Part shown: positions 48,509 to 59,625 of the stretch, piece after piece | How the letters are laid out: the number at the start of each line of letters is the position of its first letter | How positions within the stretch are numbered: position 1 is the first letter of the stretch | DNA from: an uncultured Acidobacteriota bacterium | Lineage (GTDB): Bacteria; Acidobacteriota; UBA6911 | Direction: 5' to 3' | Length of the DNA stretch: 64,000 nucleotides | Assembly: GCA_963843575.1 (NCBI GenBank) | Contig: CAWJKZ010000020.1 | Span: forward strand, 1 to 64,000 | Program-made: the position numbers and the translations under genes | Notes under the pieces: model-generated | Told to the model about the DNA's origin: nothing | Databases searched by the model: none | Seen by the model: only the letters and a program-made list of their open reading frames with translations

Positions 48509-49525
48509 ATGGCAAAATCAGTCCTGATCACGGGCATCACGGGGCAGGACGGGTCCTTTCTTGCGGAGTTGTTGCTGGAAAAGGGCTACGACGTCCACGG
48601 GATCGTGCGCCGCGTGGCGCTCGAGGACCCCGAGCACCGCTTGTGGCGGATCCGGCACATACTCCCGGATCTCCGGCTGCATTCCGCCTCGCTCGAGAGC
48701 TTCGCCAGCATCTACCGGGTGATCAGACAGGTCCAGCCGGACGAATGCTACCACCTCGCCGCGCAGAGCTTCGTCACCTACTCGTTCGAGGATGCCTTTT
48801 CGACGCTCAACACCAACATCAACGGCACCCACTACGTGCTGGCGGCGATTCACGACCTCGTGCCGCGCTGCCGGTTCTATTTCGCGGGTTCGAGTGAAAT
48901 GTTCGGGCGCGTGACAGAGGTACCCCAAAACGAACAGTCCAGGTTCCATCCGCGTTCCGCGTACGGCATCTCCAAGGTTGCGGGTTTCGACCTGACCCGT
49001 AACTACCGCGAAGCCTACGGCCTGCATGCATCGAGCGGCATCCTGTACAATCACGAGTCGGCCCGCCGGGGATATGAGTTCGTCTCACGCAAAATCACCT
49101 ATCACGCCTGCCGCATCAGACTCGGGCTTGCCCATACCCTGCCGCTGGGCAATCTCGAAGCCAAGCGGGATTGGGGACACGCCCGGGATTACGTCAAGGC
49201 CATGTGGCTGATGCTCCAGCAGCCCGTCCCGGGCGACTACGTCATCGCCACGGGCGAGACCCACTCGGTGCGGGAATTGGCGGAGCACGCGTTCTCGTAC
49301 CTGGGGCTGGACTACAGAGACTACGTCCGCGTGGACCCCGAACTGGTGCGGCCGGCGGAGGTGGACATCCTGCAGGGAGATGCGTCCCGTGCGCATCAGG
49401 CCCTGGGGTGGCGCCGCCGGACGTCGTTCCGGGAACTGATCGAGGAAATGGTTGAGGAGGATCTCAAGCGAACGGGAACTCTGTTGACCGAGGCCCCTCC
49501 AACCGCAGTTCCGCAGACTTATTAG
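48509..49525 (+). CDS. gmd: GDP-mannose 4,6-dehydratase
   Basis: ITGITGQDGSFLAE, LAAQSFV, SSEMFG, YGISK, NHES and RDWGHARDYV. RBS AGGAGG. Confidence 0.96.
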   Translation: MAKSVLITGITGQDGSFLAELLLEKGYDVHGIVRRVALEDPEHRLWRIRHILPDLRLHSASLESFASIYRVIRQVQPDECYHLAAQSFVTYSFEDAFSTLNTNINGTHYVLAAIHDLVPRCRFYFAGSSEMFGRVTEVPQNEQSRFHPRSAYGISKVAGFDLTRNYREAYGLHASSGILYNHESARRGYEFVSRKITYHACRIRLGLAHTLPLGNLEAKRDWGHARDYVKAMWLMLQQPVPGDYVIATGETHSVRELAEHAFSYLGLDYRDYVRVDPELVRPAEVDILQGDASRAHQALGWRRRTSFRELIEEMVEEDLKRTGTLLTEAPPTAVPQTY

Positions 49526-49678
49526 TGGGCGCACACGGCACCGCGTCAACCGGCGTCCGAAACACGTAGTCGTATCCGGGCAATTGAGACGGTGCCCCTT
49601 GCTCCCACTGAAAAAGACATGGAACGATGTGCTGAATCGGCTTAATCTTCCCCAGTACCCTTTCACTGATGGATCCCT

Positions 49679-52347
49679 ATGCGAACCCTCTCTCGATTTG
49701 CCCTGTCGATTTCCTGCTTTTGCTGGATGATCTCCCTCGCCTCTTCCTCTGCCGTTGCCGGAGCCGAGTCCCGCACATCGAAACAGATCTCGCTCCAGGG
49801 AACCTGGCGCATGCAGTCCTCCTGCGTGGACAAAGCCGCGCCGGAAGCGATCTCCACTGCAGGGTTTGCCGACTCCAGCTGGCACAAGGCCGAAGTTCCC
49901 GGCACTGTCGTCGGTGCGCTCGTCGCGGACGGGACGCTTCCCGATCCCAACTACGGCATGAATCTCAAGAGTTATCCGGGCATGAACTTCACCGCGCCGC
50001 CAGTTCGCCAACGCGGACATGCCCGCCGACAGCCCCTTCCGCTGTTCCCACTGGTTCCGCACGGAGTTCACATTGCCCGCGGAGTTCGCGGGCGCCGGCG
50101 GATCTCTTCATTTTCTCGGCATCAACTACCGCGCCAACATCTGGCTCAATGGCAAAAAAATTGCCGACCGCGCCGATGTTGCCGGCGCCTATCGCTTCTA
50201 CGAATTCCGCATCGGCGAACTCTTGAAGAGGGGGGCTAAGAACGCTCTCGCCGTCGAAATCTTCGCGCCGGAAAAGAACGACCTGGGCCTCACCTGGGTG
50301 GATTGGAACCCCACGCCTCCCGATAAAGACATGGGACTGTGGCGCGAAGTCTTTCTCACATCCAGCGGGGAAGTCGCGCTTCGCGCGCCCTTTGTCTCAT
50401 CGAAACTTGATGCCCAATACAAATCTGCCGAGCTGACCCTCAGCGCGGAGCTCCGCAACGCCACCGACCGTTCCGTCAAGGCGGTGCTCCGCGCCGAAAT
50501 CGATGCCATCAAGATCAGTCAGCCTGTCGAACTGGCCGCGAAAGAAACCAAAGTCGTCACCTTCACGGCCCGAAAACTTCGCTCAACTCAAATTCGCCAA
50601 GCCACGACTTTGGTGGCCTTATCAGATGGGCGAACCCAATCTCTACACTGCAAAATTCAGCGTCGAAACCGGCAACCAGGTTTCGGACCGCACCGACGTC
50701 ACCTTTGGCATCCGCGAAGTCACATCCGAAATCACGGATAAAGGTCATCGTCTGTTCAAGATCAACGGCAAACGCGTCCTCATCCGTGGAGCGGCTTGGG
50801 CCCCCGACCTTCTTCTTCGCTGGTCCGAGAAGAAACTCGACGCGGATCTCGCCTACGTCAAGCACATGGGCCTGAACACCATCCGCCTCGAAGCGAAAAT
50901 GGACCGCGACCAATTCTTCGACAAGACCGATCGCCTGGGCCTCCTCGTCATGCCCGGTTGGACCTGCTGCGATGCGTGGGAACGGTGGAAGAACTGGACG
51001 GATGAGACGAAGAAGATCGCCGCAGCCTCGCTCGTGGATCAGATTACCCGCCTCCGCACCCATGCCAGCGTATTCGTTTGGCTCAACGCCAGCGATGGCC
51101 CGCCGCCGGCCGACATCGAAACGATGTACCTCGGCATCCTGAAAGATCTCCGTTGGCCGAATCCTTCCGTCTCTTCCGCCGCGGCGGACTCCACGACCGT
51201 CACTGGAAAGTCCGGCGTGAAAATGACCGGCCCATACGAATACGTCCCGCCGATGTACTGGCTCGTGGATACCGAGGCAGGCGGCGCATGGGGATACAAC
51301 ACGGAGACGAGTCCGGGCCCGGCGATTCCGCCAAAGGAAAGTCTCCAGCGCTTCATCCCCAAGGAACATCTCTGGCCAATCGACGAGTACTGGAACTACC
51401 ACGCCGGCGGCGGACGCTTCACCACCGTCAACGTCTTCACCGAAGGGCTCAATCGCCGCTACGGCACCGCGACTTCCCTCGACGATTATGAGCGCAAGGC
51501 CCAGGCGATGACCTATGACGGCCAGCGCGCGATGTTCGAGGCATACGGCCGCAACAAATACACGTCCACGGGTGTGATTCAGTGGATGCTCAATAATTCC
51601 TGGCCTTCGCTCATCTGGCATCTCTACGACTATTATCTCGTCCCCGCCGGCGGCTACTTCGGCACCAGGAAGGCCATGGAGCCCGTCCACGTCCAGTACG
51701 ACTACGACACCCATTCCGTCTCTGTCGTAAACAGCAGGTACGAGGATTTCAAGGGCCTGAAGGTCTCGGCGCGTCTGTTGAATATCGAATCGCAGGAAGT
51801 CGCCGCGAAAGATGGGGTGATTGACCTGCCTGCCGACGCCAGCGTGAAAGCCTTTGATCTGCCCAGGCCGGAGAATCTCTCCACCACCTATTTCCTGAAG
51901 CTCCGGCTCCAGGACGCCGCCGGAAAACTCGTCGGCGACAACTTCTACTGGCTCTCCACCAAGCCGGACACGATGGATTGGGGCAAGAGGAGAGGCACCG
52001 CTTATACGCCACAGCAGGATTTCGGCGACCTGAGCGGCCTGAACTCCTTGCGTCAGGTAAAACTGGAAATCACAACCAACGCGCGCGTGGAAGGCGATCA
52101 CGGTATCGTTCGGGTCAACGTAAAAAACCCCACCGCCACCGTCGCATTCATGGTTCATCCGCGTCTCACGCAGGGCAAGGACGGCTTCGACATCGTTCCC
52201 GTATTCTGGGACGACAACTATTTTTCGCTGCTCCCGGGCGAGGAAAAGGCGGTCGAGGCGCGTTACGCTCGTTCCAGTGCGGGCGGGAAACCCGCGGTCC
52301 TGGAAATCGAGGGATACAACATCGCACCGGAGACCCGGCGCCCGTAG
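49679..52347 (+). CDS. GH2 exo-beta-D-glucosaminidase (CsxA-like); two frameshifts (~49997, ~50567)
   Basis: Three consecutive frames join: signal peptide + VPGTV; GINYRANIWLNG and WVDWNPTPPDKDMG; WWPYQMG, NTIRLE, WTCCD, SGVKMTGPY and ETSPGP. Confidence 0.88.
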
Positions 52348-52544
52348 CGCGATCCGCAACCCATACGCCGACCGACGCCGAGGGACCGCCGACGAGCCGC
52401 GCGGGTCGGCGCATGTCGGCGTACCGAGAACACTCCGCTTCCGTTTCGCCCCGCGACCACGATGGAAAACCGTTGCCTGGCCCGGTAAGCTTATTGAACA
52501 CGTGCCGGTTGTGCCTCGAACCGGCGGCTCGGGAGGGAACGACG

Positions 52545-53012
52545 ATGGAGATGCCGAAGCCAACACCTGGACACGCAAAGCTGCAGAATCTGGCCGGACA
52601 CTGGGAGGGGGAAGAACGGATGCACCCTTCACAGTGGGACCCGAAGGGCGGCATCGCCGTCGGGAGGATGAAAAGCCGATTGTCCTTGAATGGATTCGCT
52701 CTGATCAGCGACTACGAGCAGGAACGCGATGGCGTCGTCACATTTTCCGGCCACGGAGTATTCAGCTTCGACCCGTCAGCAGAACTCTACGCGCTCCATT
52801 GGTTCGACTGCATGGGTTCTCCGCCCGAGGTCTTTCACGGACGATTCGACGGCGACGTGCTCACGGTAGCTCACGGCGGTCCCGGACTTCACGCGCGCAT
52901 GACCTACGACTCGACCGACCCCCGGCACGTGCGGTCCAAGATGGAGATGTCCCAGGACGGGATAACCTGGAAGACATTGTTCGACGGCCGATACGAACGG
53001 CTGCAGCCGTAG
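52545..53012 (+). CDS. DUF1579 family protein
   Basis: PKPTPGHAKLQNLAGHWEG and WFDCMG. RBS GGAGG. Confidence 0.85.
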   Translation: MEMPKPTPGHAKLQNLAGHWEGEERMHPSQWDPKGGIAVGRMKSRLSLNGFALISDYEQERDGVVTFSGHGVFSFDPSAELYALHWFDCMGSPPEVFHGRFDGDVLTVAHGGPGLHARMTYDSTDPRHVRSKMEMSQDGITWKTLFDGRYERLQP

Positions 53013-53128
53013 CGCCATCATGCGACCAAAGCTCGAGGGCCTGTGCCCAGTGGCCCGCGCGCCCAGCAGGTGACGCGTCGGCCCGCGCTCAGCGCGGCCA
53101 CCGCAAGCTCGAACGGGGAGTACAACAG

Positions 53129-53497
53129 ATGAAGGCCAAGGTGCAGAGCAAGACGATCGACGAGTACCTGGCGGCCGTGAGCGAGGAAAAGCGGGCCGCC
53201 CTCGAAAAACTGCGAAAATGCATACGGGCTGCCGCGCCGGGGGCTGAAGAGTGCATCAGCTACCAGGTCCCCGCCTTCCGTCTCGACGGCAGGATGATCG
53301 TGGCTTTTGGAGCGGCGGCAAACCACTGCGCCTTCTACCCCGGCGCTTTCCCCGTGGAGGCCCTCAAGGACGAACTCAAGGCTTACGACACCAGCAAGGG
53401 CACCATCCGCTTCCCGGCGGACAAGCCACTGCCGGCTGCCCTCGTGCGGAAATTGGTGAAGGCCAGAATCGCGGAGCACAAAAAGCGGCTAAAGTAG
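53129..53497 (+). CDS. DUF1801 (YdhG-like) protein
   Basis: TIDEYLA, EECISYQVPAF, SKGTIRF and PLPAALVRKLV. Confidence 0.9.
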   Translation: MKAKVQSKTIDEYLAAVSEEKRAALEKLRKCIRAAAPGAEECISYQVPAFRLDGRMIVAFGAAANHCAFYPGAFPVEALKDELKAYDTSKGTIRFPADKPLPAALVRKLVKARIAEHKKRLK

Positions 53498-53524
53498 CCC
53501 GACAACGCGGCGCGATGTCGGGCA
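53497..53524. terminator. Hairpin between convergent genes (possible terminator)
   Basis: GCCCGACA...TGTCGGGC 8-bp stem at the stop codon, with no clear U tract. Confidence 0.35.
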
Positions 53525-53621
53525 GTTCGAGCACCGGCCCCGAACGTGACAACCGGCAGGGGCCTTCCGGTCGAACGCCTCGGCCCGTGCAAACGCGGTT
53601 TCGCGGGCGAAAATCCCACGC

Positions 53622-54020
53622 TCACGGTTTCGGTTGGCGTGTGGTCTTGCCGTTCCCGAGTTCGACGACGTCCACCGTGACCTCCCGCATCAACCTACGG
53701 CTGAACCCGAGCCGACGGGCCGCTGCCGGGGTGATGTCGAGCACCCGCCCCGCCTGCTTGGGTCCCCGGTCGTTGATCCGAAGAACAACTTCCTTGTTGT
53801 TCTTCACGTTCGTGACCCGGACCTTTGTGCCGTAGGGGAGCGTTTTGTGAGCGGCCGTCAGCTTGGTCTCGTCGTACACTTGACCGCTGGCAGTGATCTT
53901 CCCGTTCAGAGCCGCGGAATAGACTGCGGCAAGCCCCTTCTCCTGTCCCGACCCTGCCGGCGTCTGAGCGCCGGCCAGTGGGATAAGGCCCAGCAGGAAC
54001 ACGAAAATCGCAGTCCTCAT
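53622..54020 (-). CDS. rlpA: RlpA-family lytic transglycosylase (DPBB domain only)
   Basis: TASGQVYD, TAAHKTLPYGT and RINDRGP, with a signal peptide and no SPOR domain. Confidence 0.9.
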   Translation of the reverse strand: MRTAIFVFLLGLIPLAGAQTPAGSGQEKGLAAVYSAALNGKITASGQVYDETKLTAAHKTLPYGTKVRVTNVKNNKEVVLRINDRGPKQAGRVLDITPAAARRLGFSRRLMREVTVDVVELGNGKTTRQPKP

Positions 54021-54114
54021 ATTCGGATCCTCCCGATACATTCTCTCAAACAACCATGCCGCCCGGCATGCGGCGGACCAGTCCTTCGATCCTCACGCCG
54101 GGTCGCCCATCCGC

Positions 54115-54807
54115 TCACGCCACGGTCGTTCCGAACAGTGCTCCGACACCTGCCGTGATCGCCATGGCCACGGCACCCCAGAACGTCACGCGCGCCGCGC
54201 CGACCCACGCAGACGCACCGCCAGCCCGCGCCGCGATCGCGCCCAGGGCGGCGAGGAAAACCAGCGACTCGCCGAAAACGATGGGAACAAGCCACGATTG
54301 CGACGGGAGCATGACGCCGACGATCGGCAAGACTGCTCCCACAGCGAAGGTGGCGGCCGACGAGAGTGCTGCCTGCAGCGGGCGGGCGGCGAACTGGTCG
54401 GTCAGCCCGATTTCATCGCGGGCGTGAGCGCCGAGCGCGTCGTGCTCCATCAGCTGCAGTGCCACGGTCCGTGCGAGCTCGGGGTCGAGGCCCCGCCGGA
54501 CATAGATCGAGGCGAGCTCCTTTTCCTCGGCGACCGGGTCAGTCGCCAGCTCGGTCCGCTCGAGTTCGAGGTCCGCACGCTCGGTATCGGCCTGAGAGCT
54601 GACGGATACGTACTCCCCGGCCGCCATCGAGAGCGCACCGGCAACCAGGCCGGAGACACCCGCCAGTAGAATGTCCTGTCGCGCTGCGCCTCCGGCGGCG
54701 ACACCGACCACGAGACTGGCGGTAGACAATATCCCGTCGTTCGCTCCAAGAACCGCGGCGCGGAGCCAGCCGATACGCTCCGATCGATGCCTCTCGTCCA
54801 TTGTCAT
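54115..54807 (-). CDS. VIT1/CCC1 family metal transporter
   Basis: GWLRAAVLGANDGI and SMAAGEYVSVSSQ. Confidence 0.95.
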   Translation of the reverse strand: MTMDERHRSERIGWLRAAVLGANDGILSTASLVVGVAAGGAARQDILLAGVSGLVAGALSMAAGEYVSVSSQADTERADLELERTELATDPVAEEKELASIYVRRGLDPELARTVALQLMEHDALGAHARDEIGLTDQFAARPLQAALSSAATFAVGAVLPIVGVMLPSQSWLVPIVFGESLVFLAALGAIAARAGGASAWVGAARVTFWGAVAMAITAGVGALFGTTVA

Positions 54808-55024
54808 ATAGGAACCTCCGGGATGCCCGCCGTCCGTGCTCACCGAACCGAGGCGGAATTATCTTGAGATAGGCTGAAAGGTCGACGCCCTGCCGCGCGG
54901 CCCCGCCGAGTCGAGCGTGACTCGGCGGGTCGGTTCCGGCGCTCCCCTGTCGCCCCGGCAGCTGCGCATCGTCACGCTTCCCCCGTCTTGCGAACACGTC
55001 GGATCGCCCAGGAGGACGGCCGAG

Positions 55025-55501
55025 TCACGGCTGGTCGCGCACCACCGTCTCGTGTGCGGCGATCAGCCACCGGCCGCCGACTCTCTTGAGCACGATCAGT
55101 ATCCGCCCGTCGACCGTCACTCCTGCGTTGGTAGCCTGGTATGTCCCGGCGGTGTAGCCAAGGTCGCCGGAAGAAAAGACGACGAGCGGCTTAATGAAGT
55201 CGATGTGGCCGCCCGCCACGATGCCCCGCTTCCAGTATCCCTGGATAGCCTCCCTGCCACGGGCGAGGATGTGCGCCGACAGATAATAGCCGTCTTCGCA
55301 GTACAGTGCGGCGACCTTCGCTGCGTCGCCCGCGTTGTAGGCGTTCTTCCACTCCTGCGCGATATTGCCCATGGATTCCTGCTCGGCGCCCGGCCCGGTG
55401 GTTTCGACTCGCGGGACCCCAGGCTCGCTCCCGGCGCTCCGCCGGGCACCGAACGAGATCGCCATCCCCAGGCATGCAACAAGGATGAACGACTGCTTCA
55501 T
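55025..55501 (-). CDS. Secreted NTF2/SnoaL-like (DUF4440) protein
   Basis: AYNAGDAAKVAALY, GREAI, SGDLGY and WLI, with a signal peptide. Confidence 0.85.
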   Translation of the reverse strand: MKQSFILVACLGMAISFGARRSAGSEPGVPRVETTGPGAEQESMGNIAQEWKNAYNAGDAAKVAALYCEDGYYLSAHILARGREAIQGYWKRGIVAGGHIDFIKPLVVFSSGDLGYTAGTYQATNAGVTVDGRILIVLKRVGGRWLIAAHETVVRDQP

Positions 55502-55820
55502 GATCCCTCTACCTCCCAACTCGGATCTCTTCCCCGGACCGACCACCGGCCGGGTGACGCACCGGCGATTGTGCCCGCACGATGTTGGACCGGAGCAGCG
55601 ATGCGGTTCAAGCCCAATCGCGTGGGTTTCCCGCGATCCCGCGCCGTGCCGCTCGACGGCGGCGGCGGCGTACGCGGCGAACGTCGTCCTGGTCGCCGCG
55701 ATCGTGCTCGCCGCAGCCTCGCCCGCCTCCCTGATTCGTGTCCCTCAGGTACGAGTGAAGGCGAAACTTCGCTTCGAACGGTATCACCGGATCGGGCGCT
55801 CTTGTTCTATGATAGGCGGC

Positions 55821-56837
55821 ATGAAAATCGGAATGCTTGGCCTCGGATTCATGGGCAGCACCCACCTGCAAGCGTGGGGGAGGATCCCGCACGCCGAAAT
55901 CCTCGCGGTCATGGACAGCAACGAGACGCGGCTGTCGGGCGATCTCAGCTCGATCCAGGGCAACCTGGGCGGGCCGGGAAAGAAAATGGATTTCTCCGCG
56001 GTGAAAAAATACCGGTCGGTCGACGACATACTCGCAGACCCGGACATCGAAGCGGTCGACATCTGCCTGCCGACCTTCCTCCACGCGTCCGCGGCCGTCC
56101 GGGCACTGCGCGCGGGCAAGCACGTGCTCGTCGAAAAACCCATGGCGCTCAATGGCGAGGACGCGGACCGCATGGTGGCCGAGGCGAGCCGGGCCGGCCG
56201 GACCCTCATGGGGGCCCAGGTCTTGCGCTTCTTTCCCGAGTATCGCGAGTTGTCGCGGCTGGTCAAGTCGGGCCGGCTCGGGCCGATACGCTCCGCCTTC
56301 TTCCGGAGGAGGACTGCGGTGCCATCCTGGGGCCCCTGGGAGTTGGACAAAGAGAAAAGCGGTGGCGCTATCTTCGACCTCCTGATCCACGACGTCGACA
56401 TGAGCCAGCACCTGTTCGGCGTGCCGGAGGCGGTGTCCTCCACCGGATACGAGGAGATGGCGACTGGCATCGACACGATTGTCTCCGAATTTCATTACCC
56501 GGCCGTGGGGCAGGTCACCCTCACCGGCGGCTGGTTTCACCGCGGAGAGTATCCCTTCTCGATGGAATTCACCGTCGTGGGTGACCGCGGCGTCGCGGAA
56601 TACAGTTCGGCGGGGCGCCCCATGACCGTTTACTGGGCCGACGGGAAGCGGGAGCCGGCCGGCCTGCCGGCGAAAGACGGGTATGAAGCGGAGCTGGAGT
56701 ATTTTCTCGCGTGTTGCCTGAGTGGCTCCCCGGCCGAGCAGTGCCCGCCCGCAGAGTCTTCGCTGGCCGTGAAGCTGACGAACCTCATGGTGGAAGCCCG
56801 GGAAAAGAAGGGAGAAAAGGTGAGATGCCTGTTCTGA
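55821..56837 (+). CDS. Gfo/Idh/MocA oxidoreductase
   Basis: GLGFMG, HVLVEKP and GGAIFDLLIHD. Confidence 0.92.
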   Translation: MKIGMLGLGFMGSTHLQAWGRIPHAEILAVMDSNETRLSGDLSSIQGNLGGPGKKMDFSAVKKYRSVDDILADPDIEAVDICLPTFLHASAAVRALRAGKHVLVEKPMALNGEDADRMVAEASRAGRTLMGAQVLRFFPEYRELSRLVKSGRLGPIRSAFFRRRTAVPSWGPWELDKEKSGGAIFDLLIHDVDMSQHLFGVPEAVSSTGYEEMATGIDTIVSEFHYPAVGQVTLTGGWFHRGEYPFSMEFTVVGDRGVAEYSSAGRPMTVYWADGKREPAGLPAKDGYEAELEYFLACCLSGSPAEQCPPAESSLAVKLTNLMVEAREKKGEKVRCLF

Positions 56838-57691
56838 GGGAGCTGGAAATCGGACTCATGTTCTGGGGCGAGAGAAATCCCCGACTGGCGCTGCGCGGGG
56901 TGAAGTCGCTCGGCCTCCGCTGCGGCCAGCTCGGCATCGCCGGCCACGTCCCGATCGACGAGGTGAGGCCCCTGTGGAAAGCGGCGCTGGCCGAGGAAGA
57001 TTTTGCCGTGACCACGATCTTCGCCGCCTATGAAGGGGAAAGCTACGCCGATATCCCGACCGTAAAACGGACGGTGGGGTTTATCCCGTCCGGGACCAGG
57101 GCCGCGCGCGAGGCGCGCACTCTCGATGTGATCGATCTGGCCGCGGAGCTGGGTGTGTCGGGCTTTGCCTGCCACATCGGGTTCATACCGGAAGACCCGT
57201 CGGCTCCCGACCGCATCGCCGTGCGCGACACGGTGCGCCGGATCTGCGACTACACGGCCGAGCGGCGGATGACGTTCGCGCTGGAAACAGGGCAGGAGAC
57301 GGCGCATGAGCTCGAGGCGTTCATCGAGGATGTCGGGCGCGACAACCTGCGCATCAATTTCGATCCGGCAAACCTCGTGCTTTACGGCACGGGCGACCCC
57401 ATCGATGCGCTCCGGATCCTGGGGCCGCGGGTTGTTTCCGTTCACGTCAAGGACGGCCTGTGGCCTGCGCCCGACAAGCCGGGCTCGCTGGGCACCGAGA
57501 CGCCGCTCGGTGAAGGGTGCGTGGGCATCGACCGGTTTGTGGCGACCTTGAAGGCGATCGGCTACAAGGGGCCCCTGACTATCGAACGGGAGGTGTCGCT
57601 CGAACAGGAAATGGACGACCGGCACAAAGAGGGTCTCTCCCATCTCGAGGACATCCGGAACGCGATCCGCCTGCTCAAGCAGCTAACCTGA
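56825..57691 (+). CDS. Sugar phosphate isomerase/epimerase
   Basis: HIGFIP, LETGQE, NFDPAN, VHVKD and TIERE. Confidence 0.9.
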   Translation: MPVLRELEIGLMFWGERNPRLALRGVKSLGLRCGQLGIAGHVPIDEVRPLWKAALAEEDFAVTTIFAAYEGESYADIPTVKRTVGFIPSGTRAAREARTLDVIDLAAELGVSGFACHIGFIPEDPSAPDRIAVRDTVRRICDYTAERRMTFALETGQETAHELEAFIEDVGRDNLRINFDPANLVLYGTGDPIDALRILGPRVVSVHVKDGLWPAPDKPGSLGTETPLGEGCVGIDRFVATLKAIGYKGPLTIEREVSLEQEMDDRHKEGLSHLEDIRNAIRLLKQLT

Positions 57692-57793
57692 AATGGATTG
57701 CCGGAGGGCCGCGGCGGCCCTCGTATCTAAATACCCCGATTGCAGCTCACTCGGGGCGGCGCCGAGCCGGCGCACCCCACATGGAGGTGTTCG

Positions 57794-59078
57794 ATGCAAG
57801 ACGAGCGAAGGAAGGTGCTTGCCGCAAACGGCGGCCCGAAGGACAGTCACTGCGTCCTTGCCCCACTGGCCCCAGTTCGACGAGGAGTCGATCCGCGCGG
57901 TGGAGGCGGTCCTGCGCTCGGGCAAGGTCAACTACTGGACGGGTCCCAAAGGGATGGAGTTCGAGGCGGAGTTCGCGCGCTGGCAAGGGAGCAAGTTTGC
58001 CGTCGCCACCGCCACGGGGACGGCCGCGCTGCACGTCGCGCTCTCCGCACTCGGTATCGGTCCCGGCGACGAGGTGATCGTTCCCAGCTACACGTTCATC
58101 GCCACGAGTTTCGCGGTGCTGCAGGCTGGGGCCATTCCGCGTTTCGCCGACGTCAACCTCGCCGATCACTGCATCAGCATCGAATCGGCCGCCAAGCTCG
58201 TCTCGCCCCGCACCAAAGCCATCATACCGGTGCACCTGTACGGAAACGTCTGCGACATGGACGAGATCACGGCCTTTGCCACCCGGCACAACCTGTTCGT
58301 CATCGAGGACAACGCGGAAGCACTCGGCGGTGCCTACAAGGGCAGGCGGACTGGGACCATCGGCCGCATGGCCGCGTGCAGCTTCTGCCAGAACAAGACC
58401 TTCACCACCGGTGGGGAAGGGGGGATGGTGACCACCGACGACGAGGAGCTCGCCTGGCAGGCACGGAGCGTACGCGATCACGGCTACGACGTGAAGGACA
58501 GGCTCAACCTGCTGGTCCTGGAACAGAAACTGTCCTACATCCACAACCGGCTCGGCTGGAACTATCGGATGACGGAGATGCAATCCGCCATCGGGCTGGC
58601 GGAGCTGAAACGGATGGACGACTGGAACCTCCCGCGGCGGCGCCGCAACGCGCACATCCTGCTGGACGCGCTCGCGCCGCTCCCGCAGGTCAAGTACATG
58701 CCGGTCGACACGGCCGAGCGCCGCAACGGCTGGTACGTCTGCGCCTTTTCGCTCGACATCGAAGCGATGGCCTGCTCCATCGACGAGTTCGTGGCGGCCG
58801 CGTGCGCCGAAGGCGCCCCCTGCTGGCGCGTCTTCTGGCCCCAGTGCCATACCGAGAAGGCATTTACCGAGCGCCGCGGCTTCGGCCGGACCGGCTTCCC
58901 GTTCACGTCCGCCGAGTACACGGATCCCAGCAGCGTCGACTACACCGGCGTGGACGTCCCCAACGCCGGTTGGCACCAGACCCACACCTTCACGTGCTTC
59001 GCGTTTCCGACCTACAGCGAGGAAAACATGCGCCAGATCGCGGCGGCGCTCGTCAAGGTGATCAAGGCGTACAGCTGA
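57794..59078 (+). CDS. DegT/DnrJ/EryC1/StrS aminotransferase; frameshift near 57841
   Basis: GGAGG + ATG 57794 gives MQDERRKVLAANGGPK, then one extra G, then TVTASLPHWPQF. Motifs GDEVIVP, VHLYG, EDNAE, SFCQNK and NYRM. Confidence 0.9.
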
Positions 59079-59106
59079 GCCGGCGCGCTCGCGGCTCCCC
59101 CGGGGG

Positions 59107-59625
59107 TCAGGAGATGTAGTGCACCACTTCCGCCAGAGGGCGCCGCGAGGTCGTCTCCGGTGTCTCCGAGGGATAGCCTATCGGCAGGACGGCCAGCGGC
59201 AGCAGGTCCTCTCCCGCGCCTATGGCGTGCCTCACCGCCTCGTCGTTGAACGCTCCGACCCAGACACTCGCCAGCCCCAGCGCGGTCGCCGCCAGGTGGG
59301 CGTGCGCACAGGCGATCGTGCCGTCCTGCACGGCGTAGAGCGACGAGCCTCGCCGGCCGTACTTCCGGGACGAGAGCTCGGGGTGGGCGAAAAAAGCAAG
59401 CGCCACAGGGGCTTGGGCGACATACTCCTGGCCCAGCGCCGCGTCTGCCAGCGCCCTCAGGGTTGCGGCACGCGTGACCACGTATATTTCGTACGCCTGT
59501 AGATTGCCGGCAGACGGTGCGTGGCGTGCCGCTTCCAGGATCGACTGGAGTTTCTCCGGTTCTACCGGCCTGGCGGCGAATGCTCGGATCGAGTGGCGAT
59601 TTTGCAGAACCTCAAAGAAATCCAT
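59107..59625 (-). CDS. Nitroreductase family protein
   Basis: RHSIRAF, APSAGNLQ, GLASVW and IGYP. Confidence 0.93.
   Translation of the reverse strand: MDFFEVLQNRHSIRAFAARPVEPEKLQSILEAARHAPSAGNLQAYEIYVVTRAATLRALADAALGQEYVAQAPVALAFFAHPELSSRKYGRRGSSLYAVQDGTIACAHAHLAATALGLASVWVGAFNDEAVRHAIGAGEDLLPLAVLPIGYPSETPETTSRRPLAEVVHYIS

Noticed and set aside
55821-59078. Oxidoreductase-isomerase-DegT genes as part of the glycan cluster
   Set aside because: They are separated from gmd by over 6 kb of unrelated genes, with no evidence of linkage.
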